DNA of 45,650 bases from contig JBEIEG010000001.1 of NCBI GenBank assembly GCA_040383035.1, forward strand, positions 1-45,650, read 5' to 3'. Positions within the stretch are counted from its first letter, which is position 1, and each line of letters opens with the position of its first letter. Position numbers and translations under genes: made by a program. The DNA is from Hyphomonadaceae bacterium (GTDB taxonomy: Bacteria; Pseudomonadota; Alphaproteobacteria; Caulobacterales; Aquidulcibacteraceae). Below, piece after piece: positions 29,050 through 40,087 of the stretch. Below the pieces are notes generated by a model. That model did no database searches, had not been told where the DNA came from, and saw only the letters and a program-made list of their open reading frames with translations.

Positions 29050-30087
29050 TCATTCCCCGCCCTTCGGGCTTGTTTGTGGTTTTGGGTTGACCAGTCGTTT
29101 GAGGACAACCGATTCTCGCATCCATTGTCGCAGCGGTTTGGCAGGATAGCCACCCCACGCTTGCCCAGCGGGGACCGATTCTAGAACGCCGCTTCCAGCA
29201 GCAATGACCACGCGCTCACCCACGCGAATATGGTCACCCAAGCCGACACGGCCGCCCATCATCACATTGTCCCCAATCTCACATGAGCCAGAGATCCCAC
29301 CAAAAGCGGCAATCACTACACCGAGCCCAAGCTGACAATTATGCGCGATTTGTGTGAAATTATCGATCTTACAGCCGATCCCCAACACGGTGTCGCCAAA
29401 GGCGCCGCGATCAACAGCACAAAGTGAACCAATTGACACATCATCTTGCAGGATCACCCGGCCCAATTGCGGCACATCGACGGGACCAGAGGCCGTAGGG
29501 GCAACACCAAAGCCGACCTCACCAATTACACTGCCCGACGAAATGGTGACGCGGTCACCGATTAAGGCACAATAAATCACAACATTTGAGCCAATTCGGC
29601 AATTGCGGCCAATCGCGACACCTGGTCCGATGACAGTGTTAGGCCCGATCGTGGTGCCTTGCCCAATCTCAACTTCTTCGCCAATAACCACACCTCGGCC
29701 AATCACCACATCGGCTTCCTGCTTTACCGAGGCAGGCACGGCCAGCGCTGTCGGGTCAAAGTCGCGCCGCGAGACCAGCGCGGCGGCAGCGGCTGCAAAA
29801 ACCGCACGCGGCTCTTTAACGATCAAAGGGGCAACACCGGAAGGCAACAGTGCCACATGTTCGGCCCGGACCAAACAGGCCCCGGCCCCAGTCTCAATCG
29901 TCGACTTGCCTTTAGCTGGCCCCTGACAGAAGGCCAGATCCCCGGCTAGAGCTTGATCGAGGGGCGCGCAGCTGGTCAGCGCTAAATCAGGGTCGAAGCC
30001 TGCGGGTAACTCAGCCTTTACGATCTGGGCCAATTCGCGCAGACGTTTTGGCCCAAGGAGCCTATAGAAGCGCGGATCAATCATCAT
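29050..30087 (-). CDS. lpxD: UDP-3-O-(3-hydroxyacyl)glucosamine N-acyltransferase
   Basis: MIDPRFY, hexapeptide repeats, [35 protein letters not shown]. Confidence 0.96.
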   Translation of the reverse strand: MMIDPRFYRLLGPKRLRELAQIVKAELPAGFDPDLALTSCAPLDQALAGDLAFCQGPAKGKSTIETGAGACLVRAEHVALLPSGVAPLIVKEPRAVFAAAAAALVSRRDFDPTALAVPASVKQEADVVIGRGVVIGEEVEIGQGTTIGPNTVIGPGVAIGRNCRIGSNVVIYCALIGDRVTISSGSVIGEVGFGVAPTASGPVDVPQLGRVILQDDVSIGSLCAVDRGAFGDTVLGIGCKIDNFTQIAHNCQLGLGVVIAAFGGISGSCEIGDNVMMGGRVGLGDHIRVGERVVIAAGSGVLESVPAGQAWGGYPAKPLRQWMRESVVLKRLVNPKPQTSPKGGE

Positions 30088-30164
30088 TTAGGCTCCGAGT
30101 TGGACAATCTAAGTCCCTATAAGCGAATTATCGCGGGACCACGCAAGCCTGACACGCAGGATAG

Positions 30165-30198
30165 AAAACGCGGCCTCCAAGTAGAAGGCCGCGTTTTT
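30165..30198. terminator. Bidirectional rho-independent terminator-like hairpin after skp
   Basis: AAAACGCGGCCT-N9-AGGCCGCGTTTTT; a second hairpin TCTGCCCTT/AAGGGCAGA lies at 30226-30246. Confidence 0.7.
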
Positions 30199-30253
30199 GG
30201 GCGATGGTTGTTTGTTGCGCTTAAATCTGCCCTTCTGAAGGGCAGAAAATGCG

Positions 30254-30973
30254 TTACGGACGCCTTGGCGCTGCTGCAGGTGGACGCGCTGGCAGAGGTG
30301 CGCCAGCTGGAGCCGCTGCTGGTGCGCCAGCCGCTGCAGGTGCCGCTGCGCCGCCTTGCGTTGGCAATGTCGCGCGAACAACGCTGATTGTCTTGGTGGT
30401 GGCATTGAGGCGCGTGATCAAATCAGCGGTCATGTCAACGCCGGGGATAAAGGCTTCAACTTGATTGGCTGAAATGGCGATCAAGCCATTGCGGGCCACC
30501 AAGGTTTGCTGCAGTGCAGGTGCAATGGCCTTGTTGAAGGCGTCAATCGCGTTGCGCTCGGTCAATTGCATGACTTGGCTCAAACGCTCTTGCTTCTGTT
30601 GGAACTCATTATTGAGGCGCTGGAAAGCTTCTTGGCGCTGACGGCCTGCAGCACTTTGCGAGTCTTGCACCGAACTGCCCAAAATAGCGCGCAATTCAGA
30701 CTCAAGCTGACGCTGATCTGGCTCCAACTCGCGATTGATTTGATCGCGAATGGCTTTCAGCTTGTTGGACATGTCTTGGCCAGCCAAGCTGTCTTGGATG
30801 AGGCCACCGAGGTCATAGACGACAACTGGGCTCAACACAGCAGGCGAACCAGCTGGGCGTGCTGGGGCTGGAGCAGCAGCAGCTGGTGCTGGGACTGGAA
30901 CCGGCGTTTGAGCTTGAGCTGCACTTGCAGCCAACAAGGCTGCAACGCCAGCCATGAAATAGTGTGCTTTCAT
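30254..30973 (-). CDS. skp: OmpH/Skp family periplasmic chaperone
   Basis: Signal peptide, VVVYDL..LIQDSLAG, coiled-coil core, DMTADLITRLN; lies between bamA and lpxD. Confidence 0.85.
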   Translation of the reverse strand: MKAHYFMAGVAALLAASAAQAQTPVPVPAPAAAAPAPARPAGSPAVLSPVVVYDLGGLIQDSLAGQDMSNKLKAIRDQINRELEPDQRQLESELRAILGSSVQDSQSAAGRQRQEAFQRLNNEFQQKQERLSQVMQLTERNAIDAFNKAIAPALQQTLVARNGLIAISANQVEAFIPGVDMTADLITRLNATTKTISVVRATLPTQGGAAAPAAAGAPAAAPAGAPLPARPPAAAPRRP

Positions 30974-31008
30974 AGAAGTTTCTCCTGGAACATTGAGGGC
31001 GAGCAGCC

Positions 31009-33441
31009 CTAGAAATTAGTCGCTGTTGAGAAGCGGAAGGTTTCAGCTTTGTCGTAGTCTTGCTTCATAAATGGATTTGAGAAGTCAAAACGAACAGGGC
31101 CGAATGGGGAAACCCAGTTGACGGACAAGCCAGCAGAAGCGCGCAAGGCCAATCCATCTCGGGTGTTTTGATAGGTGCCGTAACTAATGTCACCCTTTAC
31201 TTTGTCGACTGGATCAAGGCCGCCGAGGGTGCCGACATCCAAGAACAAGGCTGCAGAGATGCCATAGGATTCTGGTAGCGGCGTTGGAACGGTCAACTCA
31301 AACGAGGCAATACCATAGGTCTTGCCGCCCAATGCGTCACCATAAACTGTCCGTACCGTTTTGGATAAGCCGTTGGGTTGCGTTGTATCGGCATCACGGA
31401 CGGAGAAGACCGTGCGCGGGCCAATACCAGCAATTTCGAAGCCGCGGAAGCTTTGCCCGCCCTTAAAGAAGCGGTCGTTAACGCGGATCGTGTCGTTGTC
31501 CCAGCCTGAGATATGGCCGGCAGACAAAGTGGCACTGGCGCGCCAGCCCGGGAACAGCCCGCGATAGACCCCGCCGTTGAATTCGCTGCGGTGGTATTTG
31601 ACCCCAGTGCCGATGCCGGCAAAATCTTGGCTGAGCGAGATGTCAAAGCCACGTGTAGGCCGGCGGGGATCGTTGCGCCGGTCCCAGTTAAACGAATAGC
31701 CCGCCAGAGAGGTCGTCGTTCTGCCTAAGGAACGACACAGCGCACTAGCGTCCAGCAAGGGCGTACCGTCGGGTTTGAAGCAGGACACGGACGGAATTTC
31801 ATTGGTGTCATTCCGGTACGTATAGCGCAGGCCCAAGCTGCGATCTTCGGCCAGCGGGAACCCACCACGCACACCAAAGCCCGTGGAGTTGGTCAAGAAG
31901 CCGGCTTCGCGCAGATAATCTTGTTCAACCGAAAAAACGTCGATCCCCGCTGCAATATTGCGGCCCATAAAGCGCGGCTCGGTAAAGCGGATGTCGATAT
32001 TCTTCGTGCGCGAGCTGGTTTCCACGCGGAAGCGCAAGAATTGGCCCCGGCCGCGCAAGTTTCGCTGCGAGATTGAAACCGCAAAATTATAGGCTTCTTG
32101 CGAGGCATAACCGACACTGAAGGCCAATTCGCCAGTGGCTTGTTCTTCAACTTTGACTTCCACAACCGTACGGTCGGGCAGCGAACCGGGCTTTTCTTCA
32201 ATCTCGACTTCTTTGAAGAAGCCCAAAGCCTTCACGCGGTTCTTAGAGCGGTCGATCAAGACGCGGTTGAAGGCGTCGCCTTCGGCTAAGCGTAGTTCCC
32301 GACGAATGACTTGATCCAGTGTCGCGGTATTGCCGATCACATCGATCCGCTCAACATAAACGCGCGGGCCTTCGTCGACATCAAAGACAATATTGACCTT
32401 ACGGTTATCGCGGTCAGCCGTTTCACGCGGGCGTACGTCCACGAAGGCATAGCCGGATGAACCTGCGGCGAAGGTAATCGACTCAATCGCCTTTTCCACC
32501 AAGTCCCGCTCAAACATCGCGCCGGTACGGATCGGCACAAAAGCGCGGAGAACTTCGCCGCTGAGCTTGGAATTCTTGGTGTTTACCGTGATGTCGCCAA
32601 ACGTGTATTTCTGCCCTTCTTCTACCGCATAGGTGACGAAGAAGTCCTTTTGGTCTGGCGTCAATTCGGCCACCGCTGATTTCACACGGAAATCATAGTG
32701 ACCTTCATTGAGATAAAACTTGCGCAATTGTTCGCGGTCGTAATCCAACTTGTCTGGATCATAATTGTCTTTGCTGGAAAAGAAGCGCCACCACTCAGAT
32801 TCTTGGGTAACGACAACACTTTTCAAACGAGAATCCGAAAAAGCCTGATTGCCAATGAAATTGACTTTACGGATGCCCGTTGTGCGGCCTTCATTGATTT
32901 CAAAGATCAGATCGACGCGGTTAGACGGCAGCACCTTAATCTTAGGCACGATATTGGCTGCAAATTTGCCCGACCGGCGATAAACTTCCTGCATCCGACG
33001 AATGTCTGCCTGCACGCGGTTTTGCGTAAACCACGAGCGAGGCTTGATCTGGACTTCTTTCTCGAGCTTGTCCTTGGTAACCGCACTATTGCCCTCAAAC
33101 AGCACTTGGTTGACGGTTGGGTTTTCGACAACCTTCACCACCAAGGTTTGGCCGCGCTGTTCAAATTCCACGTTGGCAAAAAAGCCGGTCGCAAATAGCG
33201 TTTTCAGAGCGATGTCGATCCGCTCCGGGCTAAAGGCCTCGCCGGGTTGAATGGCAACATAGGCCAGCACCGTCGCTGTCTCGATGCGTTGATTGCCTTC
33301 CACCGCCACACTTGTGATGATTTGCGGGGCCGCAGCTTCGCTGAACTCTCCAACCTGTTGGGCAAAGGCCATCGGGCCATAGCACGCACTTGCTGCAAAT
33401 GCAGCAGCGCCGCCAATCAGCAGACGTTTAATTGATGCCAT
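31009..33441 (-). CDS. bamA: Outer membrane protein assembly factor BamA
   Basis: POTRA repeats (VEGNQRIE, LFATGFF, VIRRELRLAEGDAFN), FRGF motif, SPFGPVRFDF, C-terminal Phe; start may instead be 33468 or 33477. Confidence 0.97.
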   Translation of the reverse strand: MASIKRLLIGGAAAFAASACYGPMAFAQQVGEFSEAAAPQIITSVAVEGNQRIETATVLAYVAIQPGEAFSPERIDIALKTLFATGFFANVEFEQRGQTLVVKVVENPTVNQVLFEGNSAVTKDKLEKEVQIKPRSWFTQNRVQADIRRMQEVYRRSGKFAANIVPKIKVLPSNRVDLIFEINEGRTTGIRKVNFIGNQAFSDSRLKSVVVTQESEWWRFFSSKDNYDPDKLDYDREQLRKFYLNEGHYDFRVKSAVAELTPDQKDFFVTYAVEEGQKYTFGDITVNTKNSKLSGEVLRAFVPIRTGAMFERDLVEKAIESITFAAGSSGYAFVDVRPRETADRDNRKVNIVFDVDEGPRVYVERIDVIGNTATLDQVIRRELRLAEGDAFNRVLIDRSKNRVKALGFFKEVEIEEKPGSLPDRTVVEVKVEEQATGELAFSVGYASQEAYNFAVSISQRNLRGRGQFLRFRVETSSRTKNIDIRFTEPRFMGRNIAAGIDVFSVEQDYLREAGFLTNSTGFGVRGGFPLAEDRSLGLRYTYRNDTNEIPSVSCFKPDGTPLLDASALCRSLGRTTTSLAGYSFNWDRRNDPRRPTRGFDISLSQDFAGIGTGVKYHRSEFNGGVYRGLFPGWRASATLSAGHISGWDNDTIRVNDRFFKGGQSFRGFEIAGIGPRTVFSVRDADTTQPNGLSKTVRTVYGDALGGKTYGIASFELTVPTPLPESYGISAALFLDVGTLGGLDPVDKVKGDISYGTYQNTRDGLALRASAGLSVNWVSPFGPVRFDFSNPFMKQDYDKAETFRFSTATNF

Positions 33442-33531
33442 ACAGGAGCCCGTTAAACCTTGTTGCATGCGTGCCATGGAGGTCACGCCCGAGTTTCAGA
33501 AGTGGTGGATAGACAATTTGGCACAGCAATC

Positions 33532-34731
33532 CTAGCCCGCGGCGACAAAGCCTTTCAGCGCATTGAATAAACCTGCCCTGTCGAGATCTTGGAAAGTCGC
33601 AAAAACGAATAAACTCAAGATACAAACAAGACCAACTTGAAAGCTGACTGCCTGCACTTTTTCAGGGATCGGCCTTCCACGGATAGCCTCAGCCGCATAA
33701 AACACCAAGTGCCCACCGTCGAGAACTGGCAGCGGCAGCAGATTCATGAAGCCCACAGCAATGGAAAGGACTGCCGCAAGTCGCACCAAACCGATACCGA
33801 CTGATTCGGCGACCTTTACGGCGTCGGCATCAGGGCCGGCACTTTCCACCGAATTTTCAGTGACTTTACCAGCGATCTGGTAAATTCCCAATGGGCCACT
33901 CAAGTGGCCTGCCGACATGGCACCGCGCAACAAGGCAGTTATAAAATTCACCTGCGTGCTGATGATTTCGCCTGTTTGTTCGCCACCGCGCACCACCGCT
34001 TCAATCGGATTATAGGTGCGATGCTCAATTGTATCCTTGGTGAAGCGGGTTTCAATGCCCAACAGGCCCTGCGTTTCAGTATCGCCAAAGGGGGTCTTGC
34101 GTTCGACGACTTTCGGCGTGACGTTGATGGGAATTTCGGCACCATCCCGCTTTAACAGGAGATGCATTTCCTTGCCGCCAGAGACCATGATCGCGGTCTG
34201 TAATTCAACAAAATCATCGATCCGACGGCCATTGATCGCCACAACCTCATCGCCAGGCTTTAGGCCGGCGGCAGCGGCGGCACCATCAGGAAGCACCTTC
34301 GAAATCAGCGGGCGTTGAATGACTTCACCGAAAATCGCAAAGAAAACCGCAAACACCGCAATCGCGAAAGCGAAATTGAAAGCAGGGCCTGCAGCCGTCA
34401 CAGCAGCGCGAACGCCCACAGGCTGCGCGTGGAACAAACCACTGCTTTTGTCGGCCTTGGGTTGGGTGAAATCGGGCTGGGACGCTGCGTCCTTATCGCC
34501 TTCAAACTTGACGTAGCCACCCAAAGGCAAAGCTCCGATCCGCCACCGCACGCCTGTCTTCGCGGTCCATGCGACAAGTTCTGGACCAAAGCCAATCGAA
34601 AACGATTCGACCTTGACCTTGAACCAACGTGCGACTTGGTAGTGACCAAATTCGTGCACGAAAACCACGAGGCTCAGAACCGTCACAAAGGACGCGAGAC
34701 TGATTGCTATGCCACCAATATTTTCTAACAT
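33532..34731 (-). CDS. rseP: RIP metalloprotease RseP (site-2 protease with PDZ)
   Basis: HEFGH, FSIGFG, PLGGYVK, AGPAFN, PDZ domain, NLLPLPVLDGGH. Confidence 0.96.
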   Translation of the reverse strand: MLENIGGIAISLASFVTVLSLVVFVHEFGHYQVARWFKVKVESFSIGFGPELVAWTAKTGVRWRIGALPLGGYVKFEGDKDAASQPDFTQPKADKSSGLFHAQPVGVRAAVTAAGPAFNFAFAIAVFAVFFAIFGEVIQRPLISKVLPDGAAAAAGLKPGDEVVAINGRRIDDFVELQTAIMVSGGKEMHLLLKRDGAEIPINVTPKVVERKTPFGDTETQGLLGIETRFTKDTIEHRTYNPIEAVVRGGEQTGEIISTQVNFITALLRGAMSAGHLSGPLGIYQIAGKVTENSVESAGPDADAVKVAESVGIGLVRLAAVLSIAVGFMNLLPLPVLDGGHLVFYAAEAIRGRPIPEKVQAVSFQVGLVCILSLFVFATFQDLDRAGLFNALKGFVAAG

Positions 34732-34772
34732 CTCACCATGAACTCCGGCCTAGGATACGCATATGTCTCAGC

Positions 34773-35975
34773 CTAAACTGAGACCAACTTGCGTTTCGCA
34801 ATGTTTTGCACGGCGATGCTACGGCCCGCTTCATCAGCAGCATAGACATCATCCAAGTCTCCCAAAGCAGCATCCATGCCAAGGCGGCAGGCTTCATCCA
34901 TGGTTTCCAACACGATTGCGGCAATTTCTGGAAAGGAAACATTACGATCCAGAAAGGCTTGCACAGCCACTTCGTTGGCCGCGTTCAAGATTGTGGGGGC
35001 TGCACCGCCTTTTTGCAGCGCGCTGCGCGCAAGACTAAGCGCAGGAAACCTTTCCAAATCAGGTACTTCGAAGTCAAGTTTCGCAATAGCTGCCAAGTCC
35101 AACCTCGGCGCGGAAGTCACCAATCGTGCTGGCCAAGCCAAAGCATGGGCGATCGGGATACGCATATCAGCTGCACCTAATTGTGCTAAAACACTGCCAT
35201 CTTGATACGCCACCAAGCTGTGGATAACCGATTGCGGGTGGACCAGCACATCGATTTTGTTTTCAGGCATCCCAAAAAGAAGCGCTGCTTCGATCAGTTC
35301 CAAGCCCTTGTTCATCAAAGTGGCACTATCAACAGAAATTTTCTGTCCCATGGACCAATTGGGGTGAGCGACCGCCTGCTCTGGCGTTGCTGCGGCAATC
35401 GCTGCTGCACTCCAAGTCCGGAAAGGTCCGCCCGACGCAGTTAGAATCAGTTTCTCTACCCGGTCCGATTGGTCCAAGACTTGGAAAATCGCATTATGCT
35501 CGCTGTCCACGGGCAAGATAGAGCCGCCACCATCGCGCACCGCTTTTAGGAACACCGATCCCGCACAGACCAAACACTCCTTATTAGCCAAAGCAATGGT
35601 GGCCCCACGCTTGGCTGCAGCCAGTGTCGGTGCCAGCCCAGCAGCCCCCACAATGGCTGCCATCACCACATCGGCAGGCCGCGCTGCAGCCTCTACAACG
35701 GCTTCAGGTCCAAGGCCGATTTCAATTTTGTGTCCAGCCAAGGCGGCTTCGAGCTGGGGTCCAAAGCGGCCATCACTTAAGGCAACAAAGGTCGCACCCG
35801 TAAGAATGGCTTGTTCGGCTAAGCCTGCCCAATCCCGGTTGGCGGTCAGCGCGATTACGCGGTAGGCGTCATCCTGTCCCGCGGCGCGAGCCCGCGCATT
35901 GGCCTCCATCACCACATCTAAAGTGGCTAAACCGATAGAGCCCGTGGCCCCCAAAATAGTCAAAGATTTCGTCAT
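34773..35975 (-). CDS. dxr: 1-deoxy-D-xylulose-5-phosphate reductoisomerase
   Basis: LGATGSIG, LANKE, PVDSEH, LTASGGPF, HPNWSMGQKISVDSATLMNKGLE, NAANE. Confidence 0.98.
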   Translation of the reverse strand: MTKSLTILGATGSIGLATLDVVMEANARARAAGQDDAYRVIALTANRDWAGLAEQAILTGATFVALSDGRFGPQLEAALAGHKIEIGLGPEAVVEAAARPADVVMAAIVGAAGLAPTLAAAKRGATIALANKECLVCAGSVFLKAVRDGGGSILPVDSEHNAIFQVLDQSDRVEKLILTASGGPFRTWSAAAIAAATPEQAVAHPNWSMGQKISVDSATLMNKGLELIEAALLFGMPENKIDVLVHPQSVIHSLVAYQDGSVLAQLGAADMRIPIAHALAWPARLVTSAPRLDLAAIAKLDFEVPDLERFPALSLARSALQKGGAAPTILNAANEVAVQAFLDRNVSFPEIAAIVLETMDEACRLGMDAALGDLDDVYAADEAGRSIAVQNIAKRKLVSV

Positions 35976-36829
35976 GTTCCCGTCAGCATAGCGTGCAAAC
36001 CAGGAATCGCCAGCAAAATGGCCACAAAGCCCAAGGCCGCGGCTAAATGCCCATCCAGTCGATCCAGCACCCCGCCATGACCCGGGATGACGCCTGATGC
36101 ATCCTTTACCCCATAGTGACGCTTGGCCAAGGATTCCAATAGGTCACCCCCTTGCGAAACGACGGCCAGTAGCCAGCCCACCAAAGCCCAGGCAATCGGA
36201 TTGGCACCCGTGAATAATCCATACAGACCGCCTGCCAAAATGCCTGCTGCCGTGCCACCGAGCGAGCCAGACCAGGTCTTATTCGGACTGATGAGGGGAA
36301 ATAATTTTGGTCCACCAACAACCCGGCCAACCAGATACGCCATAGAATCCGTCGACCAGACGATTGCGAACAGACCAAACATCAGGCTGCGGCCAACATC
36401 ATCCTGTCCTCGCAAGCCAGCGAGTGCCCAACCAGACAAGGCGAGATAGACTGACCCAGCCATCGCTAGCCAGCCAAACTCACGCGGTGAGCGTACCAGT
36501 GTCAAAAAAAAGCCAAAAGCTGCCACAGCTTCATAAGTGCGCGGCAGAAGCACAAAGCAAAGTCCACATAGTGCGGCTATTACCGAACGAGGGACGAGAT
36601 CGACTGCCTTCGGCGAGATCATTCGCCCCCATTCAAAAGCAACCGCGGCCATAACGGTTGCTGCGAGAAGCGCCCAGCCAATTCCGCCAAACCATACGCC
36701 CGTCAAGCTAAGCGCAACCATTACCAAAGCCGAGACAAAGCGGACCCTCAGGTCTCCGCCTAGTTTGTCGGCTGCTAAGCCAATGGAAAAAGCAGATTGT
36801 TTTCGGTCATGCTCCGGCGCTGAATTCAA
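35972..36829 (-). CDS. cdsA: Phosphatidate cytidylyltransferase
   Basis: WSTDSMAY, ISPNKTWSG, GDLLESLAKRHYGVKDAS.VIPGHGGVLDRLD; start uncertain. Confidence 0.95.
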   Translation of the reverse strand: MNSAPEHDRKQSAFSIGLAADKLGGDLRVRFVSALVMVALSLTGVWFGGIGWALLAATVMAAVAFEWGRMISPKAVDLVPRSVIAALCGLCFVLLPRTYEAVAAFGFFLTLVRSPREFGWLAMAGSVYLALSGWALAGLRGQDDVGRSLMFGLFAIVWSTDSMAYLVGRVVGGPKLFPLISPNKTWSGSLGGTAAGILAGGLYGLFTGANPIAWALVGWLLAVVSQGGDLLESLAKRHYGVKDASGVIPGHGGVLDRLDGHLAAALGFVAILLAIPGLHAMLTGT

Positions 36830-36831
36830 GG

Positions 36832-37602
36832 TTAAACGCCTCCGTAACGACGGTTTCGCTTAGCAAAGACGCGAAGAGCTTCTTCTACTTGCGGTCGGCC
36901 GAAGTCTGGCCAGAGCGTGTCAAAGACAAGAAACTCGGCATAGGCAGACTGCCAGATGAGGAAATTCGATAGACGTTGTTCGCCGCTGGTGCGGATCACC
37001 AAATCCGGGTTAGGCCAGTCACGGCTGGGCAGGAATTGTGTGATTGTCTCAGGACCAATGGTGGCGGGATCAAGCAAGCCTGCCGCCACTTGGCGCGCGA
37101 TTTCTTGGGTTGCGCGCGCGATTTCAGCTTGGCCACCATAATTGAAGGCAATAACCAAGGTCATGATGGTATTGCCTTGGGTCTGCTGTTCCGCCTGATC
37201 CATCAAGGTCAGGATATCAGCTGGCACGCCCTCGCGCTCACCCAGTACACGGATCCTAACCCCCGCACGATCAAGGCGCGCCAGATCCGAACGAATAAAG
37301 CCACGCAATAGTCCGAACAGGGCTTCAATCTCTTCAGGCGGCCTACGCCAATTCTCGGTCGAGAAAGCATAGACAGTAAGAACCTCGATGCCAAGATCGC
37401 CAACCGCTTCAACCGTGTTGCGCAGGGCTTGAACACCGGCTGAATGCCCAAAGGCGCGCGGCATACCCCGGGCGGTTGCCCAGCGGCCATTTCCATCCAT
37501 GATGATGGCGATATGACGCGGGCGCGCACCTTCTCCGTCATCGCCACGTGGCGAGAGATGATTGGCGGCCTTTGAGGCCCAGTCGGCGAGCGCCCCAGCC
37601 AT
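36832..37602 (-). CDS. uppS: Polyprenyl (undecaprenyl) diphosphate synthase
   Basis: HIAIIMDGNGRWA, YAFSTENWRRP, NYGG, IRTSGEQRLSNFLIWQSAY, RRYGG. Confidence 0.97.
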   Translation of the reverse strand: MAGALADWASKAANHLSPRGDDGEGARPRHIAIIMDGNGRWATARGMPRAFGHSAGVQALRNTVEAVGDLGIEVLTVYAFSTENWRRPPEEIEALFGLLRGFIRSDLARLDRAGVRIRVLGEREGVPADILTLMDQAEQQTQGNTIMTLVIAFNYGGQAEIARATQEIARQVAAGLLDPATIGPETITQFLPSRDWPNPDLVIRTSGEQRLSNFLIWQSAYAEFLVFDTLWPDFGRPQVEEALRVFAKRNRRYGGV

Positions 37603-37603
37603 C

Positions 37604-38161
37604 CTAGACTTGCATAATCTCATCTTCCTTCGTCTTCACGGTCTGGTCGACCTGTTTAACGAAGGAGTCGGTTGCTTCTTGAACTTGGGTGGAGAGCTTC
37701 TTCAATTGATCTTCGCTGATATCGCCATCTTTTTCTGACTTCTTCAGCTGCTCCATCGCGTCACGGCGCACATTCCGGATCGCAACGCGTGCGGCTTCGG
37801 CATATTTGCCAGACAATTTGACGAGTTCGCGGCGGCGCTCTTCGTTCAAAGGCGGGATGGGAACGCGCAGGGTCATGCCGTCCACCACAGGGTTTAGGCC
37901 AATGCCGGCATTGCGAATGGCCTTATCGACCACATTCACCATGGACTTTTCCCAAACTGTCACAGTCAGCAAACGCGGCTCTGGTGAAGAAATCGCACCC
38001 ACTTGGTTCAAGGGCACCATGGCCCCATAGGATTCCACCATCACAGGTTCCAACAAATTGACGTTGGCCCGGCCAGTGCGCAGACCTTGAAAATCGTTCT
38101 TCAAGGCCGTGATTGCACCTTCCATTCGGCGTTTGGTGTCTTGGATATCAAATGTCGGCAT
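37604..38161 (-). CDS. frr: Ribosome recycling factor
   Basis: LRTGRAN, PPLNEERRRELVK, ARVAIRNVRRDA, KEDEIMQV. Confidence 0.98.
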   Translation of the reverse strand: MPTFDIQDTKRRMEGAITALKNDFQGLRTGRANVNLLEPVMVESYGAMVPLNQVGAISSPEPRLLTVTVWEKSMVNVVDKAIRNAGIGLNPVVDGMTLRVPIPPLNEERRRELVKLSGKYAEAARVAIRNVRRDAMEQLKKSEKDGDISEDQLKKLSTQVQEATDSFVKQVDQTVKTKEDEIMQV

Positions 38162-38164
38162 GGT

Positions 38165-38902
38165 TTAGTTGTCCGTTATGACGGTGCAGACTCCGGTGCC
38201 AGCAAGCACCTCGGCCAAGCGCCCGGGTTGACGAATATTGAAAACGATAATGGGAATATTACTGTCGCGCATCATCGATACGGCAGAGGCATCCATCACT
38301 TTTAAGTTTTTTGCTAGGACGTCGGTATAGGACAGCTTGTCATAGCGGGTCGCTGTTGGGTCGGTCTTGGGATCGGCGGTATAGACGCCATCGACGCCAG
38401 TGCCCTTTAACAAGGCATCACAGCCCATTTCAGCGGCGCGCAGAGCAGCACCGGAGTCGGTTGTGAAAAATGGACTGCCAACGCCAGCAGCAAAGATAAC
38501 AATGCGGCCTTTTTCCATGTGACGCATCGCCCGGCGACGGATGTAAGGCTCACACACCGTCTGCATCGGAATGGCCGATTGAACGCGGGTATGAACACCA
38601 ATGCTTTCGAGCGCCCCTTGCAGCGCCAGTGCATTCATGATCGTGGCTAACATGCCCATATAATCGGCCGTTGCACGTTCCATCCCCTTGGCAGCGCCAG
38701 AGATGCCCCGGAAGATGTTGCCGCCCCCAATGACCAAGCAGAGTTCAATACCAGAATCACGCGCGGCTTTCACATCGCGCGCAAACCCAAGACAGGTTTC
38801 TTGATCAATCCCAAACTGACCATCGCCCATGAGGGCCTCGCCCGAAATCTTGAGCAAAATCCGGCGCGGCTTCTGGTCCTTTGGATTGGCTACTTCATTC
38901 AT
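38165..38902 (-). CDS. pyrH: UMP kinase
   Basis: [48 protein letters not shown]. Confidence 0.98.
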   Translation of the reverse strand: MNEVANPKDQKPRRILLKISGEALMGDGQFGIDQETCLGFARDVKAARDSGIELCLVIGGGNIFRGISGAAKGMERATADYMGMLATIMNALALQGALESIGVHTRVQSAIPMQTVCEPYIRRRAMRHMEKGRIVIFAAGVGSPFFTTDSGAALRAAEMGCDALLKGTGVDGVYTADPKTDPTATRYDKLSYTDVLAKNLKVMDASAVSMMRDSNIPIIVFNIRQPGRLAEVLAGTGVCTVITDN

Positions 38903-38969
38903 TTGGCTGCGTCTCCCAGCTTTCGACAGGCCTTAACATGACTCGCCCGAAAGCATGCAGGCAGGTCTT

Positions 38970-39019
38970 CTGACAGACCAAGGGCGGCACGCCAAGCATG
39001 CCGCCCTGTTTCTTGTCAG
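38970..39019. terminator. GC-rich hairpin between tsf and pyrH (terminator/attenuator candidate)
   Basis: AGGGCGGCA-N9-TGCCGCCCT (38981-39007) extended by CTGACA/TGTCAG; weak U-tract on the minus strand. Confidence 0.5.
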
Positions 39020-39092
39020 CAAAGTGTCATCTTTCACTTTGCCGTTTTCCGTCTATCTGGCAATCACGGCCAGAAAAGGAAGACTCTTTGAC

Positions 39093-40016
39093 TTAAGTAC
39101 CGCTTAAAGCGGCCACTTCTGCAGCGAAATCGTCTTCTTTTTTCTCAACGCCATCGCCCAGCTTGAACATCGCAAAGCCGGTGACTTCCGCGCTGATCCC
39201 AGCAGCTTTGGCCGTTTCAGCAACAAAGGCTGCAACAGTCTGATCTGGGTTCATGACGAATGGCTGCTGCAAAAGCACCACTTCTTCATAGAACTTGCGG
39301 ATCCGGCCTTCGATCATACGTGCGATCACGTCATCCGACTTACCGCTTTCGCGGGCTTGCTCGGTCAGAACTTGACGCTCGCGCTCAACCACAGCTGGGT
39401 CGAGATCGTCAGTCTTCAGCGACAAAGGTGCGGTCGCAGCAATGTGCATCGCAACTTTGCGGCCGATGTCATTAGCGACAGCAGCGTCGCCGCCAGTTTC
39501 AACACCGACCAACACGCCGATGCGGCCAAGGCCTTCACCGGTTGCAGTGTGGATGTAAGAAGCTACAACGCCTTGGTTGACCGAAACTTTGGCCATACGG
39601 CGCAAGGTCATGTTTTCGCCAATGGTGGCGATCAGATTGGTCACATAGTCGTTGACAGTGCCTTCACCGGCTGGCGAAGCGGCTGCACCCAGAGCTTCCA
39701 GACCATCAAAGCCATGAGCCAATTTGGTGATGCCGCTGACGGCTGCTTGGAACTGTTCGTTGCGCGACACGAAGTCGGTTTCTGCGTTCAACTCGACCAA
39801 CACACCGGTGTTGCCTTCGACATAAACGCCAACCAAGCCTTCAGCCGCCGCACGGTCAGCCTTCTTCGCAGCCTTCGAAAGGCCCTTTGCACGCAACCAG
39901 TCAATCGATGCTTCGATATCACCATTGTTTTCGGTCAGCGCTTTTTTGCAGTCCATCATGCCAACGCCGGTCTTCTCGCGAAGATCCTTAACGAGGGCAG
40001 CCGTAATCTCGGCCAT
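39093..40016 (-). CDS. tsf: Translation elongation factor Ts
   Basis: [54 protein letters not shown]; GGAGG SD. Confidence 0.98.
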   Translation of the reverse strand: MAEITAALVKDLREKTGVGMMDCKKALTENNGDIEASIDWLRAKGLSKAAKKADRAAAEGLVGVYVEGNTGVLVELNAETDFVSRNEQFQAAVSGITKLAHGFDGLEALGAAASPAGEGTVNDYVTNLIATIGENMTLRRMAKVSVNQGVVASYIHTATGEGLGRIGVLVGVETGGDAAVANDIGRKVAMHIAATAPLSLKTDDLDPAVVERERQVLTEQARESGKSDDVIARMIEGRIRKFYEEVVLLQQPFVMNPDQTVAAFVAETAKAAGISAEVTGFAMFKLGDGVEKKEDDFAAEVAALSGT

Positions 40017-40087
40017 AATCGCCTCCAGGGTAGAGTGTTTGTTGGGTCCGCCTTGGCCTGTGTCAGCACAAACCAAGGCGGGAATTT

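Noticed and set aside
31340-31800. Extra segments in the BamA barrel (Cys-pair loop SCFKPDG..ALC; RDADTTQPNGLSKT)
   Set aside because: They fall in variable extracellular loops and the DNA is not palindromic, unlike the glyS insert.
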